From Octopus sinensis (lineage: Eukaryota): a stretch of 64,000 nucleotides of DNA. Position 1 is the stretch's first letter. Every line of letters begins with the position of its first letter. The notes beneath the pieces are model-generated. The model made no database searches. It saw nothing but the letters and a program-made list of their open reading frames with translations, and was not told the origin of the DNA. Below, one piece after another: positions 12,614-25,501 of the stretch. Made by a program: the position numbers and the translations under genes. The DNA lies in the NCBI RefSeq assembly GCF_006345805.1, contig NW_021832538.1:1-64000 (forward strand), written 5' to 3'.

Positions 12614-13370
12614 TGTATGTATGTATGTACATGTATGTATGTATGTATGTATGTATGTATGTATGCATGTATGTATGTATGTATGTATGTATGCATGTAT
12701 GCTTGTATGTATGTATGTAAGTATGTATGTATGTATGTATGTATGTATGTATGCATGTATGCTTGTATGTATGTATGTAAGTATGTATGTATGTATGTAT
12801 GTATCTATGTATGTATGTAAGTATGTATGTATGTATGCATGCATGCATGCATGTATGTATGTAGGTAGGTATGTATGTATGTATGTATGTATGTATGTAT
12901 GCATGCATGCATGCATGCATGTATGTATGTAGGTATGTATGTATGTATTATGTATGTATGTATGTATGTATGTATGCATGCATGCATGCATGTATGTATG
13001 TATGTAGGTATGTATTATGTATGTATGTATGTATGTATGCATGCATGCATGCATGTATGTATGTATGTAGGTATGTATTATGTATGTATGTATGTATGTA
13101 TGTATGTATGTACGTATGTACATATGTATGTATGTATGTATGTATTTATGTATGTATGTATATGTTTGTGTGTCTGTGTTTGTCCAAGCACCGTCGCTTC
13201 ACAAACGATGTTGGTGTGTTTACGTCCCCGTAACTTAGCGGATCGGTACAAGAGACCGATATAATAAGTACTAGGCTTACAAAGAATAAGTCCTGGGGTC
13301 GATTTGCTCGACTAAAGGTGATGCTCCAGCATGGTCGCAGTCAAATGACTGAAACATAAAAGGATAGAAG
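12405..13370 (+). mobile_element. SINE A with internal (TATG)n expanded to ~600 bp
   Basis: Diverged head ~12410-12570, microsatellite 12570-13165, 3' half 13160-13365. Confidence 0.85.
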
Positions 13371-13404
13371 AATAAATATATCCGTGTGTGCATGTGTTTG
13401 TGTA

Positions 13405-13448
<44 letters not shown>

Positions 13449-13499
13449 GAATTGTAAATGAAGGATTAGGGTATTCTAGGGTCCAGAATGAGGTTTCTG

Positions 13500-14240
13500 C
13501 TGCGCCCTCCTGCCACTGCACCCTCCTGCCACTGCACCCTCCTGCCACTGCGCTCTCATGCCACTGCGCCCGCCTGCCACTGCGTCCTCCTGCCACTGCG
13601 CCCTCATGCCACTGCGCCCGCCTGCCACTGCGCCCTCCTGCCACTGCGCCCGCCTGCCACTGCGCCCTCATGCCACTGCGCCACCTGCCACTGCCCCTCA
13701 TGCCACTGCGCCCTCATTCCACTGCGCCGCCTGCCCTGCGCCCTCCTTCCACTGCGCCCGCCTGCCAACTGCGCCCTCATGCACTGCGCCCGCCTGCCAC
13801 TGCGTCCTCCTGCCACTGCGCCCTCATGCCACTGCGCCCGCCTGCCACTGCGCCCTCCTGCCACTGCGCCCGCCTGCCACTGCGCCCTCATGCCACTGCG
13901 CCCACCTGCCACTGCGCCCTCATGCCACTGCGCCCTCATTCCACTGCGCCCGCCTGCCACTGCGCCCTCCTTCCACTGCGCCCGCCTGCCACTGCGCCCT
14001 CATGCCACTGCGCCCGCCTGCCACTGCGTCCTCCTGCCACTGCGCCCGCCTGCCACTGCGCCCGCCTGCCACTGCGCCCTCCGGCCACTGCGCCCGCCTG
14101 CCACTGCGCCCTCATGCCACTGCGCCCTCATGCCACTGCACCCTCCTGCCACTGCGCCCTCCTGCCACTGCGCCCGCCTGCCACTGCGCCCTCCTGCCAC
14201 TGCGCCTCCTGCCACTGCGCCCTCCTGCCACTGCGCACCC
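13500..14240. repeat. GC-rich 16-bp minisatellite, ~45 units (CCACTGCGCCCTCCTG and variants)
   Basis: Direct reading: units end in CTCCTG, CGCCTG, CTCATG or CTCATT. Confidence 0.95.
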
Positions 14241-14397
14241 CTGCTCGACCAGGCGTCAGAAAATCACCTCGCCAGCGATTGCACAACCTCGAATTTTAGG
14301 GCCCAAAATGCTTACGCAATACCTCACAGACACCCTCCACTCTATTGACAGGATCTAGACACAAGCCAGGGCAAGATACCGAGTGCCAATATTGGCT

Positions 14398-14743
14398 GCA
14401 GGCGTGGTTGTGTGGTAAGGAGTTTGCTTCTCAACCACAAGGTTCCGGGTTCAGTCCCACCTTGGACAAGTGACTTTTGCTATAACCTCGAGCCGACCAA
14501 AGCCTTGTGAGTGGATTTAGTAGAGGGAAACTGAAAGAAGTTCGTCATGTGTCTGCATGTGGCTCGTCATGTGTCTGCATAGGCGCAGGAGTGGCTGTGT
14601 GGTAAGTAGCTTCCTTACCAACCACATGGTTTCGGGTTCAGTCCACTGCGTAGCACCTTGGGCAATTATCTTCTACTATAGCCTTGCACCAACCAAAGCT
14701 CTGTGAGTGGATTTGGTAGACGGAACCTGAAAGAAGCCCGTCG

Positions 14744-14774
<31 letters not shown>

Positions 14775-15000
14775 GTATATGTATATATATATGTGTGTGT
14801 GTGTTTGTCCCCCCAACATCGCTTAACAACCGATGTTGGTGTGTTTACGTCCCTGTAACTTAGCGGTTCGGCAAAAGAGACCGATAGAATAAGTACTAGG
14901 TTTACAAAGAATAAGTGCTGGGGTCGAATTGCTCGACTACATGCGGTGCTCCAGCATGGCCGCAGTCAAATGACTGAACCAAGTAAAAGAAGAAAGAGTA
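14398..15000 (+). mobile_element. Partial SINE A (14398-14545) followed by full SINE A (14581-15000)
   Basis: Two family A heads separated by a 17-bp direct repeat, TCGTCATGTGTCTGCAT. Confidence 0.85.
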
Positions 15001-15059
15001 TGTATGTATGTATGTATGTATGTATGTATGTATGTATGTATGTATACGCATACATACAT

Positions 15060-16323
15060 GATGGCCGTCCACTCGTGACTGAGGAAGACCATTGTTGACC
15101 CTCAGGAACATTGCGCGCTCTAGGACTAACTAATATTTTGCATTTGCATCTTCGTTGGTGGCTGATGAGCCCTGCTCTTGACAAGCATACACGACTGCAA
15201 ACATTGCAAACCAAGCTTTCCCCATTCACTACACTAGCAGTACGCTTTCGAGCAGCACGCTTAAATTCTTCATGCAGAATACGTGCTCTCTCAAAGGTGT
15301 CGACCCCCACCTTAACTTGCTTCCTCCATCTGTGGCGACGACAGGCATTGCTCTCCCGGTCAGTCTCCTGCATATCAAAGGCCGTTAATAAGGACTCGAC
15401 ACAGTCCTTAAATCGCAGCCTTGGTTTCTGCCGAGGTCTCTTTCCATTCACAAGTTCCCCATAGAGCATCTGCTTAGTTATCCTGCTATCCTTCATTCTA
15501 ATAAGGTGTCCAGTCCAATGTAACCGATGCTTGTGTACCATCCCCTCAATACTCAAGACATCAGCTGTCCTCAGGACCTGTGGAGTTTTTAAGGTCCAGT
15601 CAACATTCAGAATGCGTCTGAAAGCGTTCAAGGACCCTTACATGACGTTTGTAAAAGGTCCATGTCTCACATGAGTGAAGGGACGATGTCAGTACACATG
15701 CACGGTACACAGCAATTTTTGTTTGCCTTGTGATGCCATGCTGGGACCAGACACGAGACTGAAGAGACCGGAAGGAATCAGTTGCTCTCTGCAGCCTGAA
15801 AGAGATTTCATCATCCAGGGAGCAAGAATGGCTTGTGTGCTGCCCAGGTAGACAATCTTGTCTACCATTTTCAGTATTGTTCCTTCAACCAAGATAGCTG
15901 GTTCCACATATGGATTTCCTAAAGCAGACTGGAACATGACAACAGTCTTGTCCAGGGTAATGCTGAGTCCAAATGCCTTGCAAAAAGGAGAAATACGATT
16001 CGTAAGTATTTGCATGTCATCCAACTGTATGAGTGACTAAGTCACAGTCATCTGCATAAAAGGGGTCACGAATAAGGGACTGGAAAACTTTTGAATTGGC
16101 AGCAAATCGACGCAGATTAAAGAAATGGCCAGAAGATCGATACCTGAAATATATTCCCAGAGAGCTAACCTTAGCAAAAGCATGAGTAAAAGCAGCAGCA
16201 AAGTACAAAGAAAAGAGAGTTGGGTATAGAATGTCACCCTGCTTGGACACCATTCTCTACAGGAATGAGTCCTGCCATGCTATCACCAACATTGACCCCA
16301 AGCCTCCATCCCACCATGAAATG

Positions 16324-16327
<4 letters not shown>
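15060..16327 (-). mobile_element. 5'-truncated RTE-clade LINE (RT C-terminus plus terminal C2H2 finger), frameshifted
   Basis: NGVKQGDILYPTLFSLYF...FYADDC...FGLSITLDKT...KIVYLGS...CETWT...RLHWTGHLIRMKDSRITKQMLYGEL..GKRPRQKPRLRFKD...CNVCSRVCLSRAGLISHQRRC. Bounded by (TACA)/(TATG) repeats. Confidence 0.9.
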
Positions 16328-16356
<29 letters not shown>

Positions 16357-16519
16357 CATACATACATACATACATACAATACATACATACATACATACAA
16401 CGAAACATTCGAACCGACAAGTCGCGTACTTGGCGTGGGAGACTATTTATCGAAAACATGAAGAATACTATCTCCAGCTTTGGAGCCACAACTGTCGGCC
16501 TTGTTAACTAACTGGTTAA

Positions 16520-17139
16520 TCTTCAGATGAATGAAGTGAGGGAGTTTTTTATTCACGATCGTAGTGATTTTCGAATGAAACTTGAATTTAGTATGTAGAG
16601 AGTTACTACAAACAACATGGCTGGAGACAACATCAACAACAAAACAACCGAAGAACAGAGCGAAAACAGGTAAACAATTTCTCTCTAGCTGTCGTTATAG
16701 AAGAAACCGAAACTACAAAACTCATTTCTCTTGGAGTTATGAATTGAATAATGATCTTATTTAACTACTACGAAAAAGCGAAACAAAACCGTACTGTTGG
16801 CTATATGGAACGATTGAAATCATGTTGGGACGATCTGCATCCAGAATTAAATCATTTTACTGCGAAGCAATTACGCCAACAAACGACATTTGTAGAACAT
16901 AGGAAGAAGGTTAGTAACTGTAACTTTATTAAGAAATCGAAAATTAACCTTCTTCCCAAATCTATAAGCAAAAATGAAAACGTGAATGACATAAAGGCCA
17001 CCGCGTGGTTTCACAGCTAGCGATATTCCAATGGATTCTGTAGTGCCTGTCAGCCAAACTACATTACTGGATCGAGTAACTGACCACTGTCCTCCTACTA
17101 CGACTATGGCAAATAGCAGGCACAACCGCAACGATTACT

Positions 17140-17186
<47 letters not shown>

Positions 17187-18010
17187 GGTGGTGGTGGTGG
17201 TGGTGGTGGTGGTGGTGGTGGTGGTGGTGGTGTGGTGGTGGTGGTCAGGATTATATGCCAGTGAAATGTGCCTTTACTGAAATTTTCCGAGAAAAAATAA
17301 CTTTGGACTCTCTCGAGGAGAGAGTATTCTCTATCAAAGTGAGTAAAAAAAAACCCCGCCAGATACGGTATTAAAAACTGTTAACGAAATTGGTGATGAA
17401 TATTTACAAGAGTGGGATGAACCCACATTCTGGCAGATTAACGCCTGTCTATATGCTCTGGATACTACTGCAAAGCAGTACATGAGTGATATTCAAAAAG
17501 TGAACAAAACCATAATAACAAAGAAAGTACCATGATGGGTTTTGAAGACAGAGAAAAAGATAACTAGTTTACGGAAGACCATTTGCAAACAAGCAAATCA
17601 CTATACGTTCCACCAACAGAAAGTAAAGACGGAGATAGAAATGATGTTTGGAGACAGCAAAAAGAAGTCACCTCACTTGCAAATTGATTACCCTCAAGCA
17701 GGAGCTAAAAGCTGTCAGTGAAAAACTCCGACATCGGGAAAGAATAACCGAGAGAAGAACAATGAACAAAAGATTTAACTGCAACCAGGCAGCAGTATAC
17801 AGAGACATGAGAAGAGGAGCAGTAAACATCACATCCTTCACGAGAAGACATAGATTCCTTCTGGAGGTAAATCTGGAGTGAAAAGAAAAAATTTAACCAG
17901 CTCTGTGCCTGGAAGGAACCCAAAAAAGTTATTGCTCCTGCATTACACTCAAGACATACAACATTGATGGTGAAAGTCTTGCAACTGTGATCCAGAAACT
18001 CCAGAATGGA
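16520..18010 (+). mobile_element. Degraded R4/Dong-like element, N-terminal and pre-RT region
   Basis: Fragments NYYEKA....GYMERLKSCWDDLHPEL, WQINACLYAL, LKQELKAVSEKLRHRER...NKRFNCNQAAVYRDM and ESLATVIQKLQN(WK) in order. Family assignment is from recalled similarity. Confidence 0.55.
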
Positions 18011-18011
18011 A

Positions 18012-18842
18012 TCGATGGCAATATTACCATTTTCATCCCCTGGTATTTTGCCTTCGCCAAGTGCAAGGAGGGTGTGAGAAAATGCTGCTGATGTGATATT
18101 ACGTCGCATATGAGCACGCATATTGGTGTGAAGTTTGAGAGTCTTCACCAGTGGCCACAATGTGGATGACTTAAGACACGCACTTACTGCATCAGCTCTA
18201 GTCCCTTTGGGAATAACGGAAGTGGGTTTGTCGGAAGTCCCCTGAAAGAAGAAGTGTTATGCCTCCCATGGGAGCTGAAGAGTGTTTGATGTCTCTGAGA
18301 TCTATCTAGTGCCTCAAGAGCACCTCTGTGGGCCATATGCATTCATCCCAAGCGATAAGCTTGCATCGTCTGAAGACTTCTGTCTGATCGGAGCTGTTAC
18401 TGATCTTGCAAGTTGGTGTCTCAGTCTTCGCTAAGTCAAGCGGAAGCTTGAAAGTGGAGTGAGCTGTCCTGCCGCCTGGCAACAAAGTAGCCGCAATTCC
18501 AGATGATGCCACAGCTAGGGCAATGCCTTGTGTTCGCCTAATCTCAGCCAATATTAATTTGTTGACAAAAGTTTTCCCAGTGCCCCCAGGAGCGTCCAGG
18601 AAAAAAATCCTACCAGTTTTGGCCCGGACTGAATTAACAACGGAGTTGTAAGCGAACTTGTGTTCTGGAAGGAGCTTTGGCTCATTGTCGGCTATGTACT
18701 CGGCAAGCTCATCAACATTAAAACATGTCTCACGCAGCAAATGTGAAGACAGAGTGTTTGTGCCTTCCCGGTTTGTTGAAGGTAGGCCATAGACCGGCAA
18801 AGCACTACCGCCCATATCAAGTACAGTATCTTCAAACGTAAT
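18012..18842 (-). mobile_element. Helitron RepHel fragment (Pif1-like helicase), frameshifted
   Basis: FFLDAPGGTGKTF (Walker A), AVASSGIAATLLPGGRTAHSTFKLPL, LIAWDE, then LDRSLRDI...GGITLLLSG(DF)RQ...PVIPKG, LKLHTNMRA and LLALGEG. Confidence 0.88.
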
Positions 18843-19367
18843 TTGTTACCACACAGCCACACCTGCCCCTATGTATGTGTGTGTGTGTTTGTGTGCGTGT
18901 GTGTGTATGGGTAGATATATTATGCATGTATATATGTATATATAAATGTGTAAAGACGGTGAAAATATTGTCAATTTCCCCAAACAGGGACACAATTCAA
19001 TTTTGAAACAATAACCAAAGCCCCATCTCCGAAAGGGGGAGGGTTACGGTTTACAATTATTTAACAAATGCAACACAACAACGTTTCCCTGGCGAGGAAC
19101 CAACGAAAGTGATTACAATAATCAAACAGTAATAATACTAACAACAAACCTTTTTAATTTATCCCTATTTATGTGAAACAACTTATTCAAGTTCAAGTCA
19201 TTGATGCAATTTTATACGAATTTCTAATACACACACACGTATAATAAGGGTGAAAAATTGAATATTAATTTGATTAATATGAATTGAAAACCAGTGGTGT
19301 AGCATATAAGACCATAGCGGATCTTCTTCTAGCAAAAACGATGACCAGTATGAATGGCTCATCCCTG

Positions 19368-19411
<44 letters not shown>

Positions 19412-19560
19412 ACACACACACACACGCACACACACACATACACACACACACGTTAGCTTACAATTTTCTTTCAACAATTGACACTGTCATATATGTATAT
19501 GTTTGCGTGTCTATGTGTGTAAAGAGGAAGTGGGAGTAATAGGCAGAGTAAAGCCTTTGA

Positions 19561-19975
19561 AGTGAGAGAGGGAAATCGTAAAATATTGAGTTTTGTCGAA
19601 TTTTTGCTTAATTGGGGGTCAAATTGAAAGAAATTTGTATGCCATGACCGAATGGAATGTACTTGGAAAAATCATAGGTAAATTCTAATTGAAGAAATTG
19701 TGTGAGGAGTAAATCGTTATGTATTTATTTGTTTCTGTTTGCTGTGTATTTTTTTTTTTGAGTAGTAGTTTAAGGTACACTACCAAAGAGAAAGTAGGAG
19801 AAATTAGGGTGATAGCATGAGTGAAGCAGTTGAAATTGAGAGGCAAATCGTAAAATATTTACTTTTCTCGAACTTTTGCTTAATTGGGGGTGAAATTGAA
19901 AAAACTTTACATGCCATGACCCAATGGAATCTACTTGGAAAAATCATAGGTAAATTCCAATTGAAGAAATTCTAT
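19561..19975 (+). repeat. ~135-bp imperfect direct repeat (19565-19700 and 19837-19972)
   Basis: Both copies contain AAATCGTAAAATATT...TGCTTAATTGGGGGT...TGCCATGACC...TACTTGGAAAAATCATAGGTAAATTC.AATTGAAGAAATT. Confidence 0.8.
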
Positions 19976-20164
19976 ATTGTACAATTGTATAAAAAACGAA
20001 CGGTTTGGGAGGCAGAGAAAATCTGCTTTTTATCATAAGAGATGTATGTATGTATGTATGTATGTATGTATGTATGTATGTATGTATGTATGTATGTGTA
20101 TGTATGTATGTATGTATGTATGTATGTATGTATGTATGTATGCATGCATGTATGTATGCATGCA

Positions 20165-20393
20165 GGTATCTATATATGTGTTATTGTGTTTGTGTTTCTC
20201 CCCCAAATCACCGCTTGACAGTTGATGTTGGTTTGTTTACGTTCTCTGTATGTTAGCGGTTCGGCAAAAGAAACCGACAGGATAAGTACTAGGTTTAAAA
20301 ATAAGTGCTGGCATCGATTTGTTTCGACGAAATTCCTAAAAGCAGTGCCCCAGCATGGCCGCAGTCCAATGACTGAAACAAGTAAAAGATAAA

Positions 20394-20395
<2 letters not shown>
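20165..20395 (+). mobile_element. SINE A, diverged 3' half, between (TATG)n and (GATA)n
   Basis: Match to the family A 3' half ending GACTGAAACAAGTAAAAGAT. Confidence 0.75.
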
Positions 20396-20491
<96 letters not shown>

Positions 20492-20691
20492 GTTCGTTGT
20501 GTCAGATAAATAGACATAGACACTTATCGATCGAGCGATAGCTATTAGAGATATAGATAATCACGGATTAACACACACACACACGTACGAGCATACTACA
20601 TGTACACACACACACACTAATAGCTATAAATAAAATTGTATTCGTCTATGTGAATATGTTTATTTTTCCTTTGAGAACACAACATAAACAC

Positions 20692-20732
<41 letters not shown>

Positions 20733-21224
20733 CTACACACACAACACACAACACACACACACACACACATCTACACACGCGAACACGCAAACACCAGAAG
20801 AGGCCAGCAAAGAGATAAGACACTTTGGAGAAGCGCAGTAGGCGTGGTTATCGGGGGGTCATATGAGCATCAATCATAGTTGATTGACAGATACTTTAAT
20901 AAAATGGCGGCAAACATCAGAGGTTAGGAAAGCCACGCCTCATCCTTCTGATCACCCTTCAAAATCATGCTAAGAAAACTGTACGTGGTCACTGCATGCG
21001 AGTGTGTATGTGTGTGTGTGTGTGTGTGTGTATCTGTATTGGTGTGGGTGTGTAAGCTTGTGCATGTGTGAACTATATCTGTGTAGAACTTATATATGTG
21101 TTTATAGGTTCAGCTATGTGTGCGCAGCGATGCTATTCCTACGTGTGTATGTATATGTGTGATCGTTGTTCTTTTTTATGAGTGTGTTTATATATCGACA
21201 CTATGATTGAGTATAACTATGCGG

Positions 21225-21257
<33 letters not shown>

Positions 21258-21379
21258 TGTGCGTGCATGCGTGTGTACGTGTGTGTTTGCACTTCCGTCT
21301 TATACTCGTACTAATACGTGAGTGCGTGTTTAGCGCATCGTTGCACACCCACACTTCACTACCACACGCGCACACATCT

Positions 21380-21885
21380 ATGTATGTATGTATGTATGTG
21401 TGTGTGTGTATCTGTGTATGTATGTATGTATGTATGTATTACGTATGTATGTATGTGTGTGTATGTATGCATGTGTGTATGTATGTACGTATGTATGTGT
21501 GCATGTATGTATGTATGTATGTATGTATGTATGTGTGCATGTATGTATGTGTGTATGTATGTATGTATGTGTTTAAATGTATGTATGTATGTATGTGTGT
21601 ATGTACGTATGTATGTGTGTATGTATGTATGTATGTATGTACTGTATGTATGAATGTATGTATACATGTATGTATGTATGTATATGTATGTATGTATGTA
21701 TGTATGTGTGTATGTATGTATGTATGATTTGTATGTATGAATGTATGTATGTATGTATGTAATAATGTGTATGTATGTATGTATGTAAAAATGTGTATGT
21801 ATGTATGTATGCATGTATGTATATGTATGAATGTATGTATGTATGTATGCATGTATGTATGTATGTACGTCTCTATGTATGTACA
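21380..21885. repeat. Degenerate (TATG)n array (others at 7862-8150 and 20040-20160)
   Basis: Direct reading. Confidence 0.95.
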
Positions 21886-22227
21886 CAAAACTGCACGCTA
21901 TGCAACGAGAGAGCATCTACGAGTCTTTCGAAAGGCTAGAAATAGCAGTCATATCTTCCATGGGGTGGGGTGGGGGTCGTGGAGAACGCTAAGCATAACA
22001 AGTAAAATGAAAATACAAAACAAGATCATTTTTCCATGGCTGCTACATGGCACCGATCAAAGGTGTGTTAAATGCGACTAGTCCTGGGGTTAAACAACCA
22101 CACGACACGTTGTAGAAGTGGTGTGCTACACGTGTTTGTATCGAGAAGTGCTTCTCAACCAATTTTTTTTACCTCTGAGCCACACGGATTCCTCCTTTAC
22201 GCGGATGGACAGTTGAGCAATTCGATA

Positions 22228-22640
22228 GGCATGGCCGTGTGGTAAGAAGCTTGCTTACCAATCACGTGGTTCCGGGTTCAGTCCCACTGCGAGGCACCTT
22301 GCGTAATTGTCTTCTGCTATAGCCTTGGGCCGACCAAAGCCTTGTGAGTGGATTTGGTAGACGGAAACTGAAAGAAGCCCGTCATATATATATATATATA
22401 TATAAAAAAATATATATATATATATATTGTATGTGTGTGTGTGTGTGTGTCTGTGTCTGTGTTTGTCACCCCACCATCGCTTGACAATAGATGTTGGTGT
22501 GTTTATGTCCCCGTAACTTAGCGGTGTAAAAGAGGCCGGTAGAATAAGTACTAGGCTTACAAAGAATAAGTCCTGAGTTCGATTTCTTCGACTACAAGGC
22601 GGTGCTCCAGCATGGCCGCAGTCAAATAACTGAAACAAAA
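22228..22640 (+). mobile_element. SINE A, possibly inserted in an hAT-like MITE (22146-22812)
   Basis: Family A sequence. Flanks AGTGCTTCTCAACC (22146) and GGTTGAGCACTG (22801) resemble degenerate hAT MITE ends. Confidence 0.75.
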
Positions 22641-22808
22641 GGAAAATATTAGGAACTGTATTTTGTTGAAATGGTTAAAACGTATTGTAAGCAGCATAAA
22701 ACCTGTTTATTGCACATTAATTTTAACAGCAAAATCATATAAGGACCCCACACACACCTGCACAAGGGTCACGTGGACACCTCAGGGTCATAAGGCCCGA
22801 GGTTGAGC

Positions 22809-23024
22809 ACTGGTATACAGCATGAAAAGGTGGCGTGCTTAGCGGTATTTCGCCTGTCTTTACGTTCTGAGTTCAAATTCCGCCGAGGTCGACTTTGCCT
22901 TTCATCCTTTCGGGGTCGATAGATTAAGTACCAGTTACGCACTGGGGTCGATGTAATCGACTGAATCCCTTTGTCTGTCCTTGTTTGTTCCCTCTATGTT
23001 TAACCCCTTGTGGGTAGTAAAGAA

Positions 23025-23056
<32 letters not shown>

Positions 23057-23370
23057 TATATACATATTAGAGGGAAACCACTATGTGGACACCCTTATGC
23101 TAGAAATAGATCCGCTATGGTCTTACCACTAAGAAATGTTCTCAAGAAAAATTGGAAAAACTGGTATACAGCATGAAAAGGTGGCGTGCTTAGCGGTATT
23201 TCGTCTGTCTTTACGTTCTGAGTTCAAATTCCGCCGAGGTCGACTTTGCCTTTCATCCTTTCGGGGTCGATAGATTAAGTACCAGTTGCGTACTGGGGTC
23301 GACCTAATCGACTGGCCCCCTTCCCCAAAATTTCGGACCTTGTGCCTAGAGTAGAAAAGAAATACAGCAT
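22809..23370 (+). mobile_element. Two SINE B variants sharing a duplicated 5' flank, with an 88-bp segment between them
   Basis: ACTGGTATACAGCATGAAAAGGTGGCGTGCTTAGCGGTATTTCG at 22809 and 23160. The 88-bp segment 23066-23153 recurs inverted at 33351-33438. Confidence 0.8.
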
Positions 23371-23431
23371 GACACAATGATGGTATCGAATTGTAGGGTG
23401 TTCTATAACATCAGTACATCAACAACACATA

Positions 23432-23945
23432 TACCTATTTCTTTACTACCCACAAGGGGCTAAACACAGAGAGGACAAACAAGGACAAAACGGATTAAGT
23501 CGATTATATCGACCCCAGCGCGTAACTGGTACTTATTTAATCGACCCCGAAAGGATGAAAGGCAAAGTCGACCTCGGCGGAATTTGAACTCAGACGTAAC
23601 AGCAGACGAAATACGGCTACGCATTTCGCCCGGCGTGCTAACGTTTCTGCCAGCTCGCCGCCATATACCAACATAGACATACGTGGCTGTGTTGGTGGTA
23701 AGAAGCTTGCTTCCCAACCACATGGTTCCAGGTTCAGTCCCACGTGTGGCACCTTGGACAAGTGTTTTCTACTATAGCTTCGGGCTGACCATAGCTCCGT
23801 GAATGAGATTTGGTAGATTTAGCAAAAAGCTTATAAAAAAAAATAATTACTCGAGTCGATTTATTCGACTAAAATAAATAGTTCAAAGCGGTGCCCCAGC
23901 TTGGCCGCAGTCTAATGACTGAAGCCAGTAAAAGAAAAGGAGATA
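23432..23945. mobile_element. SINE B (-, 23432-23665) followed by an internally deleted SINE A-like copy (+, 23680-23945)
   Basis: Direct matches to both families. Confidence 0.8.
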
Positions 23946-24302
23946 CGTACAAACACACACACGCACATCTGCATGTATGACGGAATCTGTGTTAGTGGTT
24001 TGACTTGCTAGAAAGTGTCATCAAATGTCCCTCATGTCCACACCCCACCGTTTCGAAGCAGCAAGGATACGCTTGATAATGTTGTAGTTCTAGATGAGAT
24101 GGTCATGGTTAGATAACCTTTGATCATTGGGTCAGTGCTGCCCTTGGGTTAAACCACACCAGCCTCGTATGTGTGTGTATAGATATATATGGTAAGTGCC
24201 AGTGCACGAAACTCTCGGCCTTGCAGTCACTCTGACTTCTGCTAATTAACGTGAATGTTGATAGATATATATATCTAGAGATAAATTGATAGTTGCACAC
24301 TC

Positions 24303-24321
24303 GTCTATCTATCTATTTATC

Positions 24322-24352
<31 letters not shown>

Positions 24353-24398
24353 CTATCTACCTATCTACCTATCTATCTATATCTATCTATCTAATCTA

Positions 24399-24432
<34 letters not shown>

Positions 24433-24436
24433 AATG

Positions 24437-24478
<42 letters not shown>

Positions 24479-24517
24479 ATTTATCTATCCATCTATCTGT
24501 CTGTCTCTATCTATCTG

Positions 24518-24565
<48 letters not shown>

Positions 24566-24681
24566 ATCTATCTACCTGTCTGTCTATCTATCTATCCATG
24601 TCTAACTATATATCCAACCATCCATCTATCTATCTATCTATATGTTTCTATCTATATATCTAGACAGACAGACAGACAGAC

Positions 24682-24744
<63 letters not shown>

Positions 24745-24765
24745 TAGATAGATAGATAGATAGAT
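24303..24765. repeat. (TCTA/TCTG)n switching to (AGAC/AGAT)n
   Basis: Direct reading; strand switch at ~24660. Confidence 0.9.
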
Positions 24766-25051
24766 GTTTGTTTGTGCCTATATACACCACGCGTGTTACT
24801 CTGTGTAAGCTCTCTGTATATATATGAGAACGCATGCTTTTAATAAATGTGTATATATACACGCGCACACTAACACAGTCTTACTATGTATGTATGTATG
24901 TTCTGTATGTGTATGTGTGTATGTGTGTAGCAACTTTGTGCGTTCACTCTATACGTTAGTACGTCTGTGTGCTTCTTCTAAGTATGTGTGTGTATGTATG
25001 TCTAGTGTACGTGTGGTAAATATCTACCCTCACGGGGCCAAGGTGCGTAGT

Positions 25052-25156
25052 GGGTGGACGGGTGGGTGGACGGGAGGGAGGGAGGGAGGGATGAACACAA
25101 TCTTTTCATGTTGTTGTTCTTAACGTCTGCCTTCCCCTTCCCCTTCCCTTTCCCCC
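25052..25156. other. Two G-quadruplex-forming motifs on opposite strands
   Basis: Eight GGG runs at 25052-25090 (+) and four C3-5 runs at 25134-25156. Confidence 0.6.
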
Positions 25157-25439
25157 ACGTCACTGTCCTCTGCTACTTCCCCCCCTCTCTCTCTCTCTCT
25201 CTCTCTCGCCCTACGCAATTACTCTCCCCTCACCTCACCTCACATTCACTACTTGTCGGTAGACTTCAAAGGAACCACTGCCTTCTCTCTTTCTCTCCCC
25301 CTCCCCTTCCTTCTTCTCCACTCTTTTTTCTTTTCTTTTCTCTCTCTCTCTCTATCTATCTTTCTTTTTCCCTCTCTTTTCCTTTCTCTTTTGTTTTCCC
25401 CTCCCTCTCTGCCTCTTTATTACCACTTTGTCTTTCTCA

Positions 25440-25460
25440 TCCCACCACCACCACCACCAT

Positions 25461-25501
<41 letters not shown>

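Noticed and set aside
13500-14240. CRISPR-like array
   Set aside because: Contiguous tandem units without unique spacers, in a eukaryotic context. The same applies to the 43-bp array at 52537.
13488-14358. Cys/His/Pro-rich ORFs (286, 266, 209 aa) resembling metallothionein or keratin-associated proteins
   Set aside because: All frames are open because the 16-bp unit lacks stops; there is no unique coding flank.
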